From positions 71,638,826 through 71,702,825 of the forward strand of contig NC_068986.1 of assembly GCF_001194135.2 (NCBI RefSeq): DNA of 64,000 nt. The letters are read 5' to 3'. Shown one piece after another: positions 13,136 to 28,162 of this stretch. The DNA comes from Octopus bimaculoides. Its lineage: Eukaryota. The position numbers and the translations under genes are program-made. Below the pieces are notes generated by a model. That model made no database searches. It saw only the letters and a program-made list of their open reading frames with translations, and had not been told where the DNA came from. Numbering within the stretch: the stretch's first letter is position 1; the number at the start of each line of letters is the position of its first letter.

Positions 13136-14965
13136 CACGCTTACTTATGTGCATATGTGTACTTTTGTGCATTTATGATAACTTTTCTCATTTTATTTTA
13201 GTCTTATATTTTTGTTGTTAAAACTATGTCTTGTTTTGGCTAAGTTCTTTATTATTTTATGATTATGTTGTGTATTTTAAATTTACTGTAGTTTTTAATG
13301 CTTACAATTGTGACTGACATAACAGTATTGCTAGGAAAGTACGAAAATAATTTTGTTTCGTTCTGAGCAGGCATGATATTCTCAAATAATTAATAAGCTA
13401 ATAAAAATGAATAACAAAAGTTACATCAAAGTATACCAAATATATCACAATCTTGGCCTACAGAGACTTCTGTAATATAATTATTGGTAGCTCTCATTGA
13501 TTCTAGACATCAGTTTTAATACAAGGTAGAATAATAGAATAATGTGGCACTGATGTCCTATTACGCACATTTAAGACGTAAATTATTAGGATTTCTACAT
13601 TCTGAAACAGAGACCTTGTGATTGTACATGTGTTCTATATCTTTTGGCTATACTGTTCGTGTAGTTCGTTAATATGGTTGTAGTTTGACACTTCGTTGGT
13701 GTAAAGTAGATAATATGTTACGTATCTACAGAATATGATGATTTCTCAGAAACAAATTAGTGTAAAAGCGTTCATTTAAATTCGTACAACTTTTCAAACG
13801 TGTAACATACCTTAAAATGTAAGATAGAGCAATTAGATAAAATATTATTTTGGATTATTCGTAGCGTTTTCGGTGTTAATGATTGCAGTGGTTATACTAC
13901 AGAAATGCAAAATATGCATCATTTAAAATTCAACAAGATATATCTGATATAAAATCTGAAAAATAGAATTCATCTTATAATTCAAGCACATACTCAGAAA
14001 TGCAGAAAATAAGGTAACAACCAACACAAATTTCCCAAACAGCTATAAATATTTTATTAAAGCATAATTCTGATCGGATGGGGGTAGTGTTTGTTAGAAC
14101 ATCAGTTCTGGAAAGTGAACAAGAAGTGATAGTTCGCAGCCGCGGCGGAGAAGTGCCAGGTAACAACTGATTTAAATAGAAAGTGGTCTATTGTATTATC
14201 GTTTTAGATTTTCGTTTTCGAAATGATTTCATTTGCTCTAAAAATTTTCAACTTTAACGTGAAATGAGCATTAGTTCATATTATAATGTAGTCGTGCCTA
14301 TTTACGTGTGCTGAATAAAATTAAGATTGAATTAAAAAAAAGATTGTTAACAAAATAAAGAAGGTTTCTGTGCTTCTCAGGGTAATATAATTGCTACTTT
14401 CCAATGCTGTTAGTGATGCCCACGTTATACGGGGGAGGAAGACAAAGCTGGAAAAATTATATTACTGAAAGTTTTGGTTATATAATTATCACTTCAAACT
14501 AATATCGTCTTAGAATACTTTCAGTCCCGTTTTACTAATTCTATATTTCAAAACAAAAACAAAAACAAGAAATAATGTTAAATCTTATCTTTCTGATGAA
14601 AAATGATTGAAACATGGAAATAAGTTTTAAATCAAAACTAGTATTATCTTGATTAATAAACACTTCTTTCTATGAATATTTCTGTAAGCAGGTGTTTATA
14701 TATGCATATATATGTATATGTATATATAGCTATATNNNNNNNNNNNNNNNNNNNNNNNNNNNNNNNNNNNNNNNNNNNNNNNNNNNNNNNNNNNNNNNNN
14801 NNNNNNNNNNNNNNNNNNNNNNNNNNNNNNNNNNNNNNNNNNNNNNNNNNNNNNNNNNNNNNNNNNNNNNNNNNNNNNNNNNNNNNNNNNNNNNNNNNNN
14901 NNNNNNNNNNNNNNNNNNNNNNNNNNNNNNNNNNNNNNNNNNNNNNNNNNNNNNNNNNNNNNNNN

Positions 14966-15002
<37 letters not shown>

Positions 15003-16441
15003 ATATGCATGCATATAACCTTTCGTACATCTGCTTACATGTTCTTATGCATACGAAGAATTTTATTACTACGTGTTTGTGCAGAAACAGAGATATATAA
15101 TTATGTAAATGAGATTGAACATATTTTATTCTAATTGCAATTTATTCATAATTTATAAAAGCTCTATAGTTCTTTAGTGCAAAATATAATTACAATGATA
15201 ATTCTTACCGGGAGGTAAGGGATTATAATCGTAATATGTTATGCCAAATGAAACGAAATTTGAAAATTAATATTCTAAGATTTTGCGAAATATTTTTAAA
15301 ATGGAAAAGAAAAAAAGCATAATATGAATGTGTGATTGACTTACAAACGTACAGAAAACACTAACTTGTAAAAGATGATTCAAGTTGCCTAGCTGTTAAG
15401 TCACTGATAGGGAACACACTGTCGTATCGTAAATTCGACAACTTTATAAAACAATGTTTACTTTTCAACCATTTGTGCAGAATACTTATAGGATATTTAT
15501 CTATTTGAAAATAGTTCTAGAATTCTATTTATTTAAATCAGTGGTATTTATCACATAGAAATCAACTCAAATATTGTTATACATCGGTTGACATTAACTT
15601 CTAAGGCAGTGTCATACAATGACCAAAACGTGCAAGAGGTTAGTCAAATAAGAAAAACATATAACTAGCTGATATTTTGTCATGAAATGTGTCCTTTGTT
15701 TAAAAAAGGGAGAAAAGCTTGCTATTAGCACTTGCTAATATTCTATCACGTCTCCATAATAAAAGAAAGTGGTTGAAATAGCACTATTTTTTTTTATTAA
15801 CAATAATAACCCAGTAATTTCATATATTTGAAAAAAGACCAGATAAAAGTCGTTTTAACATGAAAAACTTTGTTCCTAGATATTCGAAATTTTTTTCATT
15901 TAAAGAAAAGAAATATCAATAGTCCAGGGTGTATCTTATTTTATATCCCTTATTTTGTAATTTCAATTTTTTTCTAAAATATTCGAACTTGTAGTAGATT
16001 TTGTGTTGTAGATTTTCAATTTAGCTCACTTTTCATTGAATAACAGAGAGTAACTTATGAAATCTGAAAACTGTGGTGGTGATATGAAAAAAGACATTTA
16101 TATGGAATATATAATTTCAGTACAGTCGAGAATTCTCAAGACTATTTTGATATAATTCCAAATTTGGGAAAGTGCTAAATAGGTTTGTGCATATTTTTAA
16201 ATGAAAAAATCTAAGAAAAGTATAATTCGATATTTTTCACTGGTTAACTTATTAATAATTTATCGTTTTACACTTAAGTCACACATACTATAATATTTGT
16301 AGATTTCCTATTATCTGTACCACAAAAATTACTTTGCTGACTACAGTCCTCAATGGACACTTGTCTATCAATAATATTTCGTCAATTACAAAATAACTAT
16401 TATAAATATTATTATTGCCATTATTAATATTATTATTATTA

Positions 16442-16442
16442 T

Positions 16443-16485
<43 letters not shown>

Positions 16486-16494
16486 TAGTAGTGT

Positions 16495-16555
<61 letters not shown>

Positions 16556-16581
16556 TAGTAGTGTTAGTAGTAGTTGTAGTT

Positions 16582-16651
<70 letters not shown>

Positions 16652-16667
16652 AAGTAGTAGTAGTAGA
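16442..16667. repeat. (TAG)n trinucleotide microsatellite with repeated interruptions
   Basis: Direct reading; the interruption gttagtagtgttagtag occurs twice. Confidence 0.95.
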
Positions 16668-17070
16668 AGGATGAGAAGGAGAAAGAGAAATAGAAGAAAG
16701 CAGCAGTTGTTCACAGTGAAATTTGAATTTTAATTTTGTCCCTATATTTCCCGACGTAGAAATATCCTGATAAAAAATGCTGAAATATTCTGATATAACA
16801 AGTTCTGTTTTATTCAAGAACGGCCATTTTGAAAGAACATTTGGGCGAACATTTGTTTTAGTAATTCAATAATAAGTTAACTTATCAGTATTTATAAAGA
16901 TCATGTATATGAATACAATTCCCTGATATTTAGCAATTGAAATTTTCTATTACAAAGGCACACAATTACGCTCACATACGTACAAACTCGCAAAACAAAG
17001 ACATACATATTTTTAGATACCTACGTATATCTGTGTGTGTATACACATGTCTATATGCATACATACATAC

Positions 17071-17143
<73 letters not shown>

Positions 17144-17196
17144 CTTATATATGTATATATATGTGTATATATATATATATATATGTGTGTATATAA

Positions 17197-17287
<91 letters not shown>

Positions 17288-17813
17288 AACATATATACAT
17301 ACACATTTATGCCTACATACATATACATAAACGTATTTATCTGCGGATATAAGCTCATATCTGCTTCTGCGAAACTTTAACTATTGTAGGGCTGCGTCAA
17401 TCCGTTGTTAAATACTTACAACAAATGTGTTTGTTATGTGATACTTTCTTTTATTTGCTTAACTACTCCTATATATAAGTGCTTATGTGTGTTTTGAAAT
17501 ATACATTCTTTGTAAGATCTTCACGCAAAAGAACGTATTGTTACAAATAGTGATGTGATTTCTTGCAAATAGAGTTGTAAACTCTATACTGCGTCATATG
17601 CTTAAGTCTATATGTTGGCAATTAGGTGTTTTGAGCACTCATATGTATATAGAAACATTTTGTTGACGCATGTAATTTTAAATGTAATAAATATTACTGC
17701 TGCGTTTTCATAGCATTAATTTAAGTAAAAGTGTTAACTGCTATCTGTTTACGCTATATATATTAATATATACTGCTTCATATATGTACATATATTTATA
17801 TGTATCATACTAT

Positions 17814-17909
17814 ACATATATATATATATATACATAGGGATACATACGCATATATACATACATTACATATACATATATATATATATATACATAGGGATAC
17901 ATACGCATA
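17814..17909. repeat. 57-bp minisatellite unit (catagggatacatacgcata core), at least two copies, running into a gap
   Basis: Core seen at 17833 and 17890 (period 57). Confidence 0.75.
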
Positions 17910-20900
17910 NNNNNNNNNNNNNNNNNNNNNNNNNNNNNNNNNNNNNNNNNNNNNNNNNNNNNNNNNNNNNNNNNNNNNNNNNNNNNNNNNNNNNNNNNNN
18001 NNNNNNNNNNNNNNNNNNNNNNNNNNNNNNNNNNNNNNNNNNNNNNNNNNNNNNNNNNNNNNNNNNNNNNNNNATGTTTCACTGTATATATATATACATG
18101 TGTATGATACTTGTGAAAATAAACATTCAAGAAATTATCGTTCTATACTGAAACTGAATGTTCTAAAACAGTTAAAATTCGAAACTATATTCACAATCTA
18201 GAAAACCAGACGACTTTTATCTGACCTTTATACGTATAGTCAGTGTGATGAAGTAACTCGTTGAATTAGCAATAATACATTTCCAGGTGCTGGTCATGCT
18301 TAGTGTTTACTAAAGCGGCATTATGGCAAGTAAGCATTAATAACTTCACACTGAGTTTATGGTTCTCTATAGCTTTTTGAATTTTTTAAAAATTTCTTTT
18401 AGAAAAGAATAAGAAAAGAGTCACTCACTTACCAGAACAGTTACTTAACAATGACCCTTCACTCACATATTGTTCTGTTTTCAAAACCACTTTCTCATTA
18501 AAAACTTTTCAGAAATATTCTCTCTTTTTATTTTCATACGTCACATTTTCTTTAATATTATTAAAAGTTTTATCCAGTTGTGAGATTTTAAACAAACATA
18601 AAATTATATTTTACATTTTTCTTATTTTCATATAAAAACGATGCATATACGTTTGTTTGCACCTTAAAAAATGTTCTTGCACTGATGAAAAATTTCTTTA
18701 TTATAGTTATCTACTAAGTACATTGATGATCCATGAGTCAATGCCGTCTAGATCGCAAGTGATCTAAGTGTATTCGTGGTAGCAAACTGATTGGTTGAAT
18801 CAAAAATGTGCAGAGCAGATAAATTCATCCAGTGCGTTCATATCCAATAGATTAAAAAAGATTATTGTACACAGTTCTGATGTCATGATTTTCAAGACAT
18901 CAGTTGATCAGAAATGGTGAAAATGGGAGAAATTAAGGAAAAGTGAACAATATTTGATTATACCTTAGACAAAAAATTGTTAGTGTAAAAAATCTACGCT
19001 GAAGTGAACAGAAACATAACACACATGTAATGCAAGAGAGACATAAGACAAAGACAATAAATAATTATTTTTAAGCGTACACAATGTTTTGTCTTAGGAA
19101 AATTTTGTAATTTGGAACTTTCTTCTGATTAATAATTTCAGGAGACAATTTACACATATCTTTGTGTAACTATATGTAACTATGTGTAACTATATAAACG
19201 TTTCGTCTATCTATTCACTGGCTAATGTCTTATATTCACAAGTTAGTTTCTGTAGAAAACAATATTCTGAATTAAATATATTATTGCATGTGAGATTTCC
19301 ATATTGAATCATGAGTATATGGCTGTCCTGATAATGGATACTTTTTGAAAGTTCAACATGATGTAATGCCCTCATTTACTAAAGCTTTAACCTTTTTGGA
19401 ATATAACAGAAAATGCAAAATATATAATCAAGTTCAGTTTCGGTTTAAACATCTGTATGTATATATCTAGGTAATGTATCTTGTAAGAAAATTACGATAA
19501 AATTATCAACCCCTAATACTAAATCACTTGGTTCGAATACTTATAACTATATATTGACATACATTATTGAAAACGTAGCTGCCTTTCTCAAATAAATGGA
19601 AGACTTTAGATATACAATATACACAAAACGAATTGACTGCAATGAAATATTACTCAATTTCAGGAAACAATAATATTTAAATAAGTAGTTAACAGTGTAA
19701 AGCTTTCAGGAAACCCAATGAATTCTAAATATGTAGTAAAAATACCAATTAATTTATTTTTCTTGGACAAAAGAAAGAACTATTGCAATAAGTCAAGCTG
19801 ATATACATCGGAATAAAATTTCATTAAATCAGCGGATCACACAATTTATTCCACCAATCAGAATGCTACCACGAATACAAATTGACTTGGTGTGAACTTT
19901 ATTCGGCGTGATCTCTTGAATGTTAATGTGTTACACTGAATGCTAATAACAAATCAGAACAAAAAAAAAAGCCTTGACACGGAAGCATAGATGCACACGC
20001 ACACAGACACACGACACACATACGCACACTCAGACACACGCACACTCACACATACACGCACATACATATACGTACATGTATACAATTATACTGCAGCAAC
20101 TCAGAAACAATTTAATTAGAGGAATGTTTTTTTAATGACTGGAAACTTTAAAGGAATATTAAAACTATTATTGCCATAAAAGGGAGATTTATTTGTATTT
20201 TGATGTGAAAGTGAGGTAAATTTAGCGTGAAACTATTAGCATAAAACTGTTCTATTCAAAACTAAAGTTGGGGTGAACAATATTTTCATTAATGTTCAGA
20301 GTAGACTTATTTGCAGACTATTATCATACTAACTTCATTATAAAGTAGGCATTTTCTTCCAAGTATTACTATTAGAAATTTTTCTAAATAGGTTAACTAA
20401 ATAGCTAAATTCACTGTAAAAGGGCTATATTTAACTAATTTAATTTAACATTCTGTAAAACATGTTATGGCTAAGAATATTATGAAACAAATATTTCTAT
20501 TACCTATTTACATATTGTAGTTTTAATAATGAATATAAAAAACATCTATTTTATAAATATATACTGAAATAAAAGACAAAACGACCACACCATGGGCATC
20601 TATATGAATTAGAATCCTAATTATATTTTCAGGAAACCCACTGCGTGCTTATATTAATAAATGAAAGAGAATTAAAAATAACTACTAGCTAATAACTAAT
20701 ATCCATTTGATTATTTCTAAGCCTCAATATATTTTAATGCTTGTTTTAATGTTGTACATTAAATACCATTGGCTTCCAGGAATAGACCAAGATAAAATAC
20801 TGTACAACATAATTTTTCGAAATCATTTCTAGGTTTTACGTGTTTTCTTTTTTTTCTGTGTTTTTTCTTTCTTTTTTTTTTTGCGAACTCAAATATCTAT

Positions 20901-21360
20901 AGATAAGGATTGCCAAAAGGCTTCCATATTTAACGAGGAATTTTCAGAACTCAGACATTTCAGATAATTATTAAAGATACTTACTTCACGTATCAGGCTA
21001 ATTTACATTGCAGCAATGAAAAAGTGTTGCTGCAGATTAAAAGTGATATCGTAAGGGTCAGCTAACAAATGTGAAAACTATTTATTGTCTTGCATAGGTT
21101 ATCATTTATAAATTTCTTTTCAAACTTTAATTATTTGCAACAATGACAGATATATTTAAGGATATGAATACAACAAATTGTATTAGTGTGTGTTTGTATA
21201 TTTGTACGCGCACACATTCACGTACAAAAATAAAATAACACATAAATCAAAGATACATACATGCATATTTGTGTGTATGTCTCTGTGCGTGTAGGTGTAT
21301 ATATTTACATACATACATACATACACACACGCATATATATACACGCGCAGATGCATACAA

Positions 21361-21393
<33 letters not shown>

Positions 21394-21429
21394 CATGCAT
21401 ACATCTGTATGTGTGTATGCATGTGTGTG

Positions 21430-21481
<52 letters not shown>

Positions 21482-22132
21482 TACAGTATATGACACATTC
21501 CATTTAGTTATGATTTCAAGAGCTTGGGAGCTAAAAGGAATTTCCTTAAACTTGTTTTGATGAGATACCCACTAAAATTCGATATCTTGATAAGTTACCT
21601 ACTATTTAACTATTATCTTTAACCTTAATTTTAATGTACAACTATCCGTAAGCAAGTTTAAGTATGTCTAAAGACACAAAATGTTCTTGAATGTGACGGT
21701 ATATGTATATGAATTAAAATATAGTGTATAAAAACACGTACACATCATGTAACTTATCAGATACATGCAACTACTTTACATAAAACATATTTAATCCCCA
21801 AAAATCTAATATTTTATCTTTTGCTCTTTTATAATCTATTTCAGTTGAATAATAAAAAAAAACTATTAAAAGTAAAACGAGAAGCAAATGCTCCATTAAA
21901 TGTTGTTCTACTTCACATTTTTATCACCTTACACCACTAGCACATTATAAACTGATCCACCTATTTTAAAACTAATGTGTGTTTGATACGCTAAACAGCA
22001 TATATATAAATCTGTGTGTGTGGTCGTGCGTGTGTGTGTGTATAATATATATGTGTGTATATGTGAGTGTAAGAGTGTATGCATGAATTTGTACATATAT
22101 ATGGAAATATAAATTTATATGTACACACACAT

Positions 22133-22201
<69 letters not shown>

Positions 22202-22233
22202 ATACATACATACATACACACATACATACATAT

Positions 22234-22261
<28 letters not shown>

Positions 22262-22299
<38 letters not shown>

Positions 22300-22300
22300 T

Positions 22301-22360
<60 letters not shown>

Positions 22361-22392
22361 CATGCATACATAGATACATAGATAGATAGATA
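22262..22392. repeat. (GATA)n tetranucleotide microsatellite within a compound CA/TA/GATA tract
   Basis: Direct reading. Confidence 0.95.
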
Positions 22393-23286
22393 TAAGTATT
22401 ACATTCGCTATTATAGAGAGATAGCTGGAGAGACGGATATAAGTATGTTATAATAGAAGGTAGTACTTTTATGAATTGTCTTTACAATGCCCAGTTAAAA
22501 ATAAAAATAGTTTCTTAAGGAAAGGGAAAATTATTTGGAAATGAAAACTTTAAAATTTAAAAAAATTTACTCTTCGGTTTTTCTCAATCGTGGGATAATG
22601 TTTTAATGTCTCATATTCTTAGGTTGGCCTTGCATTATCTATTGCGCTATGAATGTTCCCGATGATACTCAGCAGAGAATATGTATAGAATTTCAGTATA
22701 CATACACTCAAAGAGAATATATATTTGCTTAAAGATTTTTAAAAAAAATTCTAATGACGGAAATTATTTTCTAAATATATTTCATATTCGCAATTGGCAA
22801 AGTCAAATAAGATATATATACATATATATATGTATATGGGTTTGTGTGCTAGTGTGTGGGTGTATGCACTTGTATTTGTGTGTGTGCACGTGANNNNNNN
22901 NNNNNNNNNNNNNNNNNNNNNNNNNNNNNNNNNNNNNNNNNNNNNNNNNNNNNNNNNNNNNNNNNNNNNNNNNNNNNNNNNNNNNNNNNNNNNNNNNNNN
23001 NNNNNNNNNNNNNNNNNNNNNNNNNNNNNNNNNNNNNNNNNNNNNNNNNNNNNNNNNNNNNNNNNNNNNNNNNNNNNNNNNNNNNNNNNNNNNNNNNNNN
23101 NNNNNNNNNNNNNNNNNNNNNNNNNNNNNNNNNNNNNNNNNNNNNNNNNNNNNNNNNNNNNNNNNNNNNNNNNNNNNNNNNNNNNNNNNNNNNNNNNNNN
23201 NNNNNNNNNNNNNNNNNNNNNNNNNNNNNNNNNNNNNNNNNNNNNNNNNNNNNNNNNNNNNNNNNNNNNNNNNNNNNNNNNNNNNN

Positions 23287-23325
<39 letters not shown>

Positions 23326-24731
23326 TATATGTATATGGGTTTGTGTGCTAGTGTGTGGGTGTATGCACTTGTATTTGTGTGTGTGCACGTGAGTATGTGT
23401 ATACACAAGTATAACGTACAATGTGTAGTAAATTATAAATAATTACAAATATGAACTTATGCTTATAAGAAATAATGTGCACATAGGTGCCCATAAAATA
23501 CAGAAACACACATGTGTACGTATGTAGTGGCTACATACATATTCATGCTTGATTTTAGTTTTCTATTTGCAGATTTGTCATTGTAAACATTTTCCTTTAT
23601 TTCTCTTATTATTTCTTCCTTTCTTTCTTTTCTATTTGTTTTCAAACCGTGAAAAAAGTAGTTTGCAATAACCAATATACCGCAGAGAAAGTTTCCTTTC
23701 CAACAAGTACGATTACACATTCATTCCTACTGCTTATTTTGTTTGATTTCATGAAGAAAAAAATGATCTCATTTCTTCATAAACACATGAGAATTCAATT
23801 TAACGGCATAACAATCAGTAATGACATTAATAACAATAGAATAGCTTTTATAGTTTACAACGCTCTTCGTTTTTTTTCTTTAAATGTACTGCAATGTTTA
23901 GTGTATCTTTAATACATTTTCATTAAATGGTCTTTGTATCTGGCAGATTTATTAAAAGGACTTTTTAATCATCAGTTATAAAGACAGCGTTTAACATTTG
24001 GATATCGATATCTCTATATATTCGTATATCTACATATATGCATACATAAATACATAAATTTGTATGTGTGTGCATTNNNNNNNNNNGTGGGGGTGGTGTG
24101 TGTATGCGTGTGCTTCAGTGTGTTTGTAAATTGATATATACATACATTTATTTATAGATACATAGATATGTATATATATATATATATACATATACATTTG
24201 CATATGTATATATGTATATATATACGTGTAACTATAACTTGATAATTAATACGAGATAATTTTTGCATGTATGTATATATTTAAAGATACATAGAGATTA
24301 ACAATTGCTTATACACACACAAACACACACACACGTACACACACATACATGTATATATATATATATATGTCTTATATATATATATATATATATGTATATA
24401 ACAAGTAACGTTCGTGTTAGTTATTCTTTATCAATTTTTGAATTATTTCGTGCTCTTTAATTTTACACATCGATGCGTTCGATTTCCGAGGGTGCTTTAT
24501 TTCAATCATAAAATCGTCTTGCATGTCTGGAACTAATTTAGCAGAACTGCATTTTACTTGTCATCGTATTTTCAATTACCGCTTTCACTTTGTTTTTGTT
24601 TCTTTTGTCCGTTGAACAAGAAAAGTAGAAAACTGAGGCAGAATTATTGTAATTGTATTCTGCTTAATATTTTAGAGGTCTTTTTACATGGCAAACACCA
24701 TTCTATCTCAGATTGCTGTAATGTAAATTTG

Positions 24732-24777
<46 letters not shown>

Positions 24778-25599
24778 NNNNNNNNNNNNNNNNNNNNNNN
24801 NNNNNNNNNNNNNNNNNNNNNNNNNNNNNNNNNNNNNNNNNNNNNNNNNNNNNNNNNNNNNNNNNNNNNNNNNNNNNNNNNNNNNNNNNNNNNNNNNNNN
24901 NNNNNNNNNNNNNNNNNNNNNNNNNNNNNNNNNNNNNNNNNNNNNNNNNNNNNNNNNNNNNNNNNNNNNNNNNNNNNNNNNNNNNNNNNNNNNNNNNNNN
25001 NNNNNNNNNNNNNNNNNNNNNNNNNNNNNNNNNNNNNNNNNNNNNNNNNNNNNNNNNNNNNNNNNNNNNNNNNNNNNNNNNNNNNNNNNNNNNNNNNNNN
25101 NNNNNNNNNNNNNNNNNNNNNNNNNNNNNNNNNNNNNNNNNNNNNNNNNNNNNNNNNNNNNNNNNNNNNNNNNNNNNNNNNNNNNNNNNNNNNNNNNNNN
25201 NNNNNNNNNNNNNNNNNNNNNNNNNNNNNNNNNNNNNNNNNNNNNNNNNNNNNNNNNNNNNNNNNNNNNNNNNNNNNNNNNNNNNNNNNNNNNNNNNNNN
25301 NNNNNNNNNNNNNNNNNNNNNNNNNNNNNNNNNNNNNNNNNNNNNNNNNNNNNNNNNNNNNNNNNNNNNNNNNNNNNNNNNNNNNNNNNNNNNNNNNNNN
25401 NNNNNNNNNNNNNNNNNNNNNNNNNNNNNNNNNNNNNNNNNNNNNNNNNNNNNNNNNNNNNNNNNNNNNNNNNNNNNNNNNNNNNNNNNNNNNNNNNNNN
25501 NNNNNNNNNNNNNNNNNNNNNNNNNNNNNNNNNNNNNNNNNNNNNNNNNNNNNNNNNNNNNNNNNNNNNNNNNNNNNNNNNNNNNNNNNNNNNNNNNNN

Positions 25600-25641
<42 letters not shown>

Positions 25642-26731
25642 AAAACACATCTAAATACTTCTGTTTCTAAATATACTTTTACACACAAGAACTGACACAT
25701 GCAATATAAGTTATTCATATATGTATAGTATTTTACGCAGTAAAATGCCAATAATATTATATGATCACCTTCTATCTAACATATCATTTATAAAATAAAT
25801 ACAAAGCAACATTTACAAATACTTATGTATTCCAATTATTTAGGTGGAATCATTTATATGAAAACTATGAATATTTCATTTGTTTATATTTTAAACCTAA
25901 TATGCTACACATTCATTCAGTTAGAATACGTTTACTACGAATAAATATGGGCAATATACAATAGATTTATAACTTTTAAATTACGGGCAATTTGACACTT
26001 TTATATACATGAATGTATTTATGTATCAATTTGTTTCTTTTTCTCTCTCATATCCACATGCGCATGCACACATATATGTTTGTGTATATATATATATATA
26101 TATNNNNNNNNNNNNNNNNNNNNNNNNNNNNNNNNNNNNNNNNNNNNNNNNNNNNNNNNNNNNNNNNNNNNNNNNNNNNNNNNNNNNNNNNNNNNNNNNN
26201 NNNNNNNNNNNNNNNNNNNNNNNNNNNNNNNNNNNNNNNNNNNNNNNNNNNNNNNNNNNNNNNNNNNNNNNNNNNNNNNNNNNNNNNNNNNNNNNNNNNN
26301 NNNNNNNNNNNNNNNNNNNNNNNNNNNNNNNNNNNNNNNNNNNNNNNNNNNNNNNNNNNNNNNNNNNNNNNNNNNNNNNNNNNNNNNNNNNNNNNNNNNN
26401 NNNNNNNNNNNNNNNNNNNNNNNNNNNNNNNNNNNNNNNNNNNNNNNNNNNNNNNNNNNNNNNNNNNNNNNNNNNNNNNNNNNNNNNNNNNNNNNNNNNN
26501 NNNNNNNNNNNNNNNNNNNNNNNNNNNNNNNNNNNNNNNNNNNNNNNNNNNNNNNNNNNNNNNNNNNNNNNNNNNNNNNNNNNNNNNNNNNNNNNNNNNN
26601 NNNNNNNNNNNNNNNNNNNNNNNNNNNNNNNNNNNNNNNNNNNNNNNNNNNNNNNNNNNNNNNNNNNNNNNNNNNNNNNNNNNNNNNNNNNNNNNNNNNN
26701 NNNNNNNNNNNNNNNNNNNNNNNNNNNNNNN

Positions 26732-26762
<31 letters not shown>

Positions 26763-27065
26763 TATATATCGTCTTACGCACACACAAATATATCTCGACA
26801 TATACACATACATAAATATGCTTGTAAATACATATTAATGTAAGTGTATGTAGAGACACACACACACATACATTAAGATATATGTGAGTATATGTGTGTG
26901 TATATAAATATATATCTGTGTGGTTAGAGCAATATATTATAAATATTATATCAATATAAATTGCATTGAGAATTTAGAGGCAAAGAAGGTGTAGGTAGAG
27001 GACAAGAAGAAGATTACAAACGGAAACCTCATGTTAATCCATGCAAAATGGAAGCCTGTTTTGTC

Positions 27066-27527
27066 TTATTTTCTAACAAATATCACTAGAACCCCAATAA
27101 CGTTGACCAATACGTACACGATAAAAAACAGTCTATCTGTAACGCAAGCTATCACTCGCCATTCTCGCACCAATTTTTCACGTTCTTCCAATTTCATTTT
27201 TTTTTCTTGGACTTTATCCAACATTTCCCGGATAGCTTTGACCTCTTCGAGAATGGCAGAGCGCATCAGAGACTGTCTATCATCATGTTGTTCTATGACC
27301 GTATCAGGAACCGAGGGTTCAAGTGTATCCGATGATGCAGACATTTTTTCGTCTTTATTTTCAAGTAATCGCACCTTCGCAAATTTCGCATCGGCTGCAG
27401 GAAATTTCTTGTTATTTTCGCCAGTCACCTTTACATTCCAATTTCGCATTTTGGATTGTTCTTTATGATTCTTGTCCATCACTTGGTCGCGGAGAAAAAG
27501 GACACGCGCTATTCCGTCAATCATAAC
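27066..27527 (-). CDS. nAChR-like subunit, terminal coding exon (M3-M4 loop, MA helix, M4, stop)
   Basis: Acceptor ttcttttcttcag|GTT at 27527 (phase 0). Encodes VMIDGIARVLFLRDQ...AILEEVKAIREML...EWRVIACVTDRLFFIVYVLVNVIGVLVIFVRK*, with the typical nAChR EW..(A)..DR.F M4 signature. TAA at 27066-27068. Confidence 0.92.
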   Translation of the reverse strand, partial: VMIDGIARVLFLRDQVMDKNHKEQSKMRNWNVKVTGENNKKFPAADAKFAKVRLLENKDEKMSASSDTLEPSVPDTVIEQHDDRQSLMRSAILEEVKAIREMLDKVQEKKMKLEEREKLVREWRVIACVTDRLFFIVYVLVNVIGVLVIFVRK

Positions 27528-28162
27528 CTGAAGAAAAGAAGTTAAATTGCAAGGTAAATAAAATAACGTTAACCTAATATGTGTTTTACCAAAACGTTAA
27601 TCAAATAAACCAATGGAACCGTTCACTTAATGTTTTTAATATTCAAATATACAATTTAATACATTCATATGACACTCAATTTTTTTCTGGGAATTATTCT
27701 AAATTCGATGTATGTATTCAAAATGAAATTAATGCATTTTAACATTTTTTTGTATTTATAATTCTAAATGAAAAGAAACATTATATAATTAAATAATCAG
27801 TATTCCTTTTTAAACCTGTGTAATCAAATATGCCAATAATCTTGTGTTATTAACCGAGCAGATATATAGCCGAACTACTAGGCACAATCAACCACTTTAC
27901 TATTTCAGAAAACCACATGCTAAATTAGGAGCGTATTGCACTGTCTGTATTAATTTTCAGTGGAAGTGGAGAGTGACACGCATTGTTCTTTTCCAATTCT
28001 GCCGTCAAGACTTGTATACAAGCACATTCTGGTGTGAACAGCGAAAAACGAGAAGGTGGACTCGGTTAGAGTGTGAAATTTCTTGATACTGTGGTAGACA
28101 ACATGTTGCAGTGTTTGCATATAATTCTGCGTGTATGCATTTTGATATTTCTAGTGGCTGAA

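Noticed and set aside
18287-18329. Plus-strand exon-like 43-nt segment (tttccag|...caa|gtaagc)
   Set aside because: Not 3n, no recognisable peptide and no partner exons; such site pairs arise by chance.
18241-18354. C box-like GTGATGA (18245) and D box-like CTGA (18351) 110 nt apart, suggesting a C/D snoRNA
   Set aside because: No terminal stem outside the boxes, no recognisable guide and no evident host intron; the complementarity is only an 8-bp inverted repeat.
14653-26865. Many long ORFs rich in YI/HT/CV dipeptides or X runs (also at 34141-34770, 41707-43816, 47709-48405, 53675-54849, 56719-57218)
   Set aside because: Translations of dinucleotide microsatellites and N gaps, not genes.
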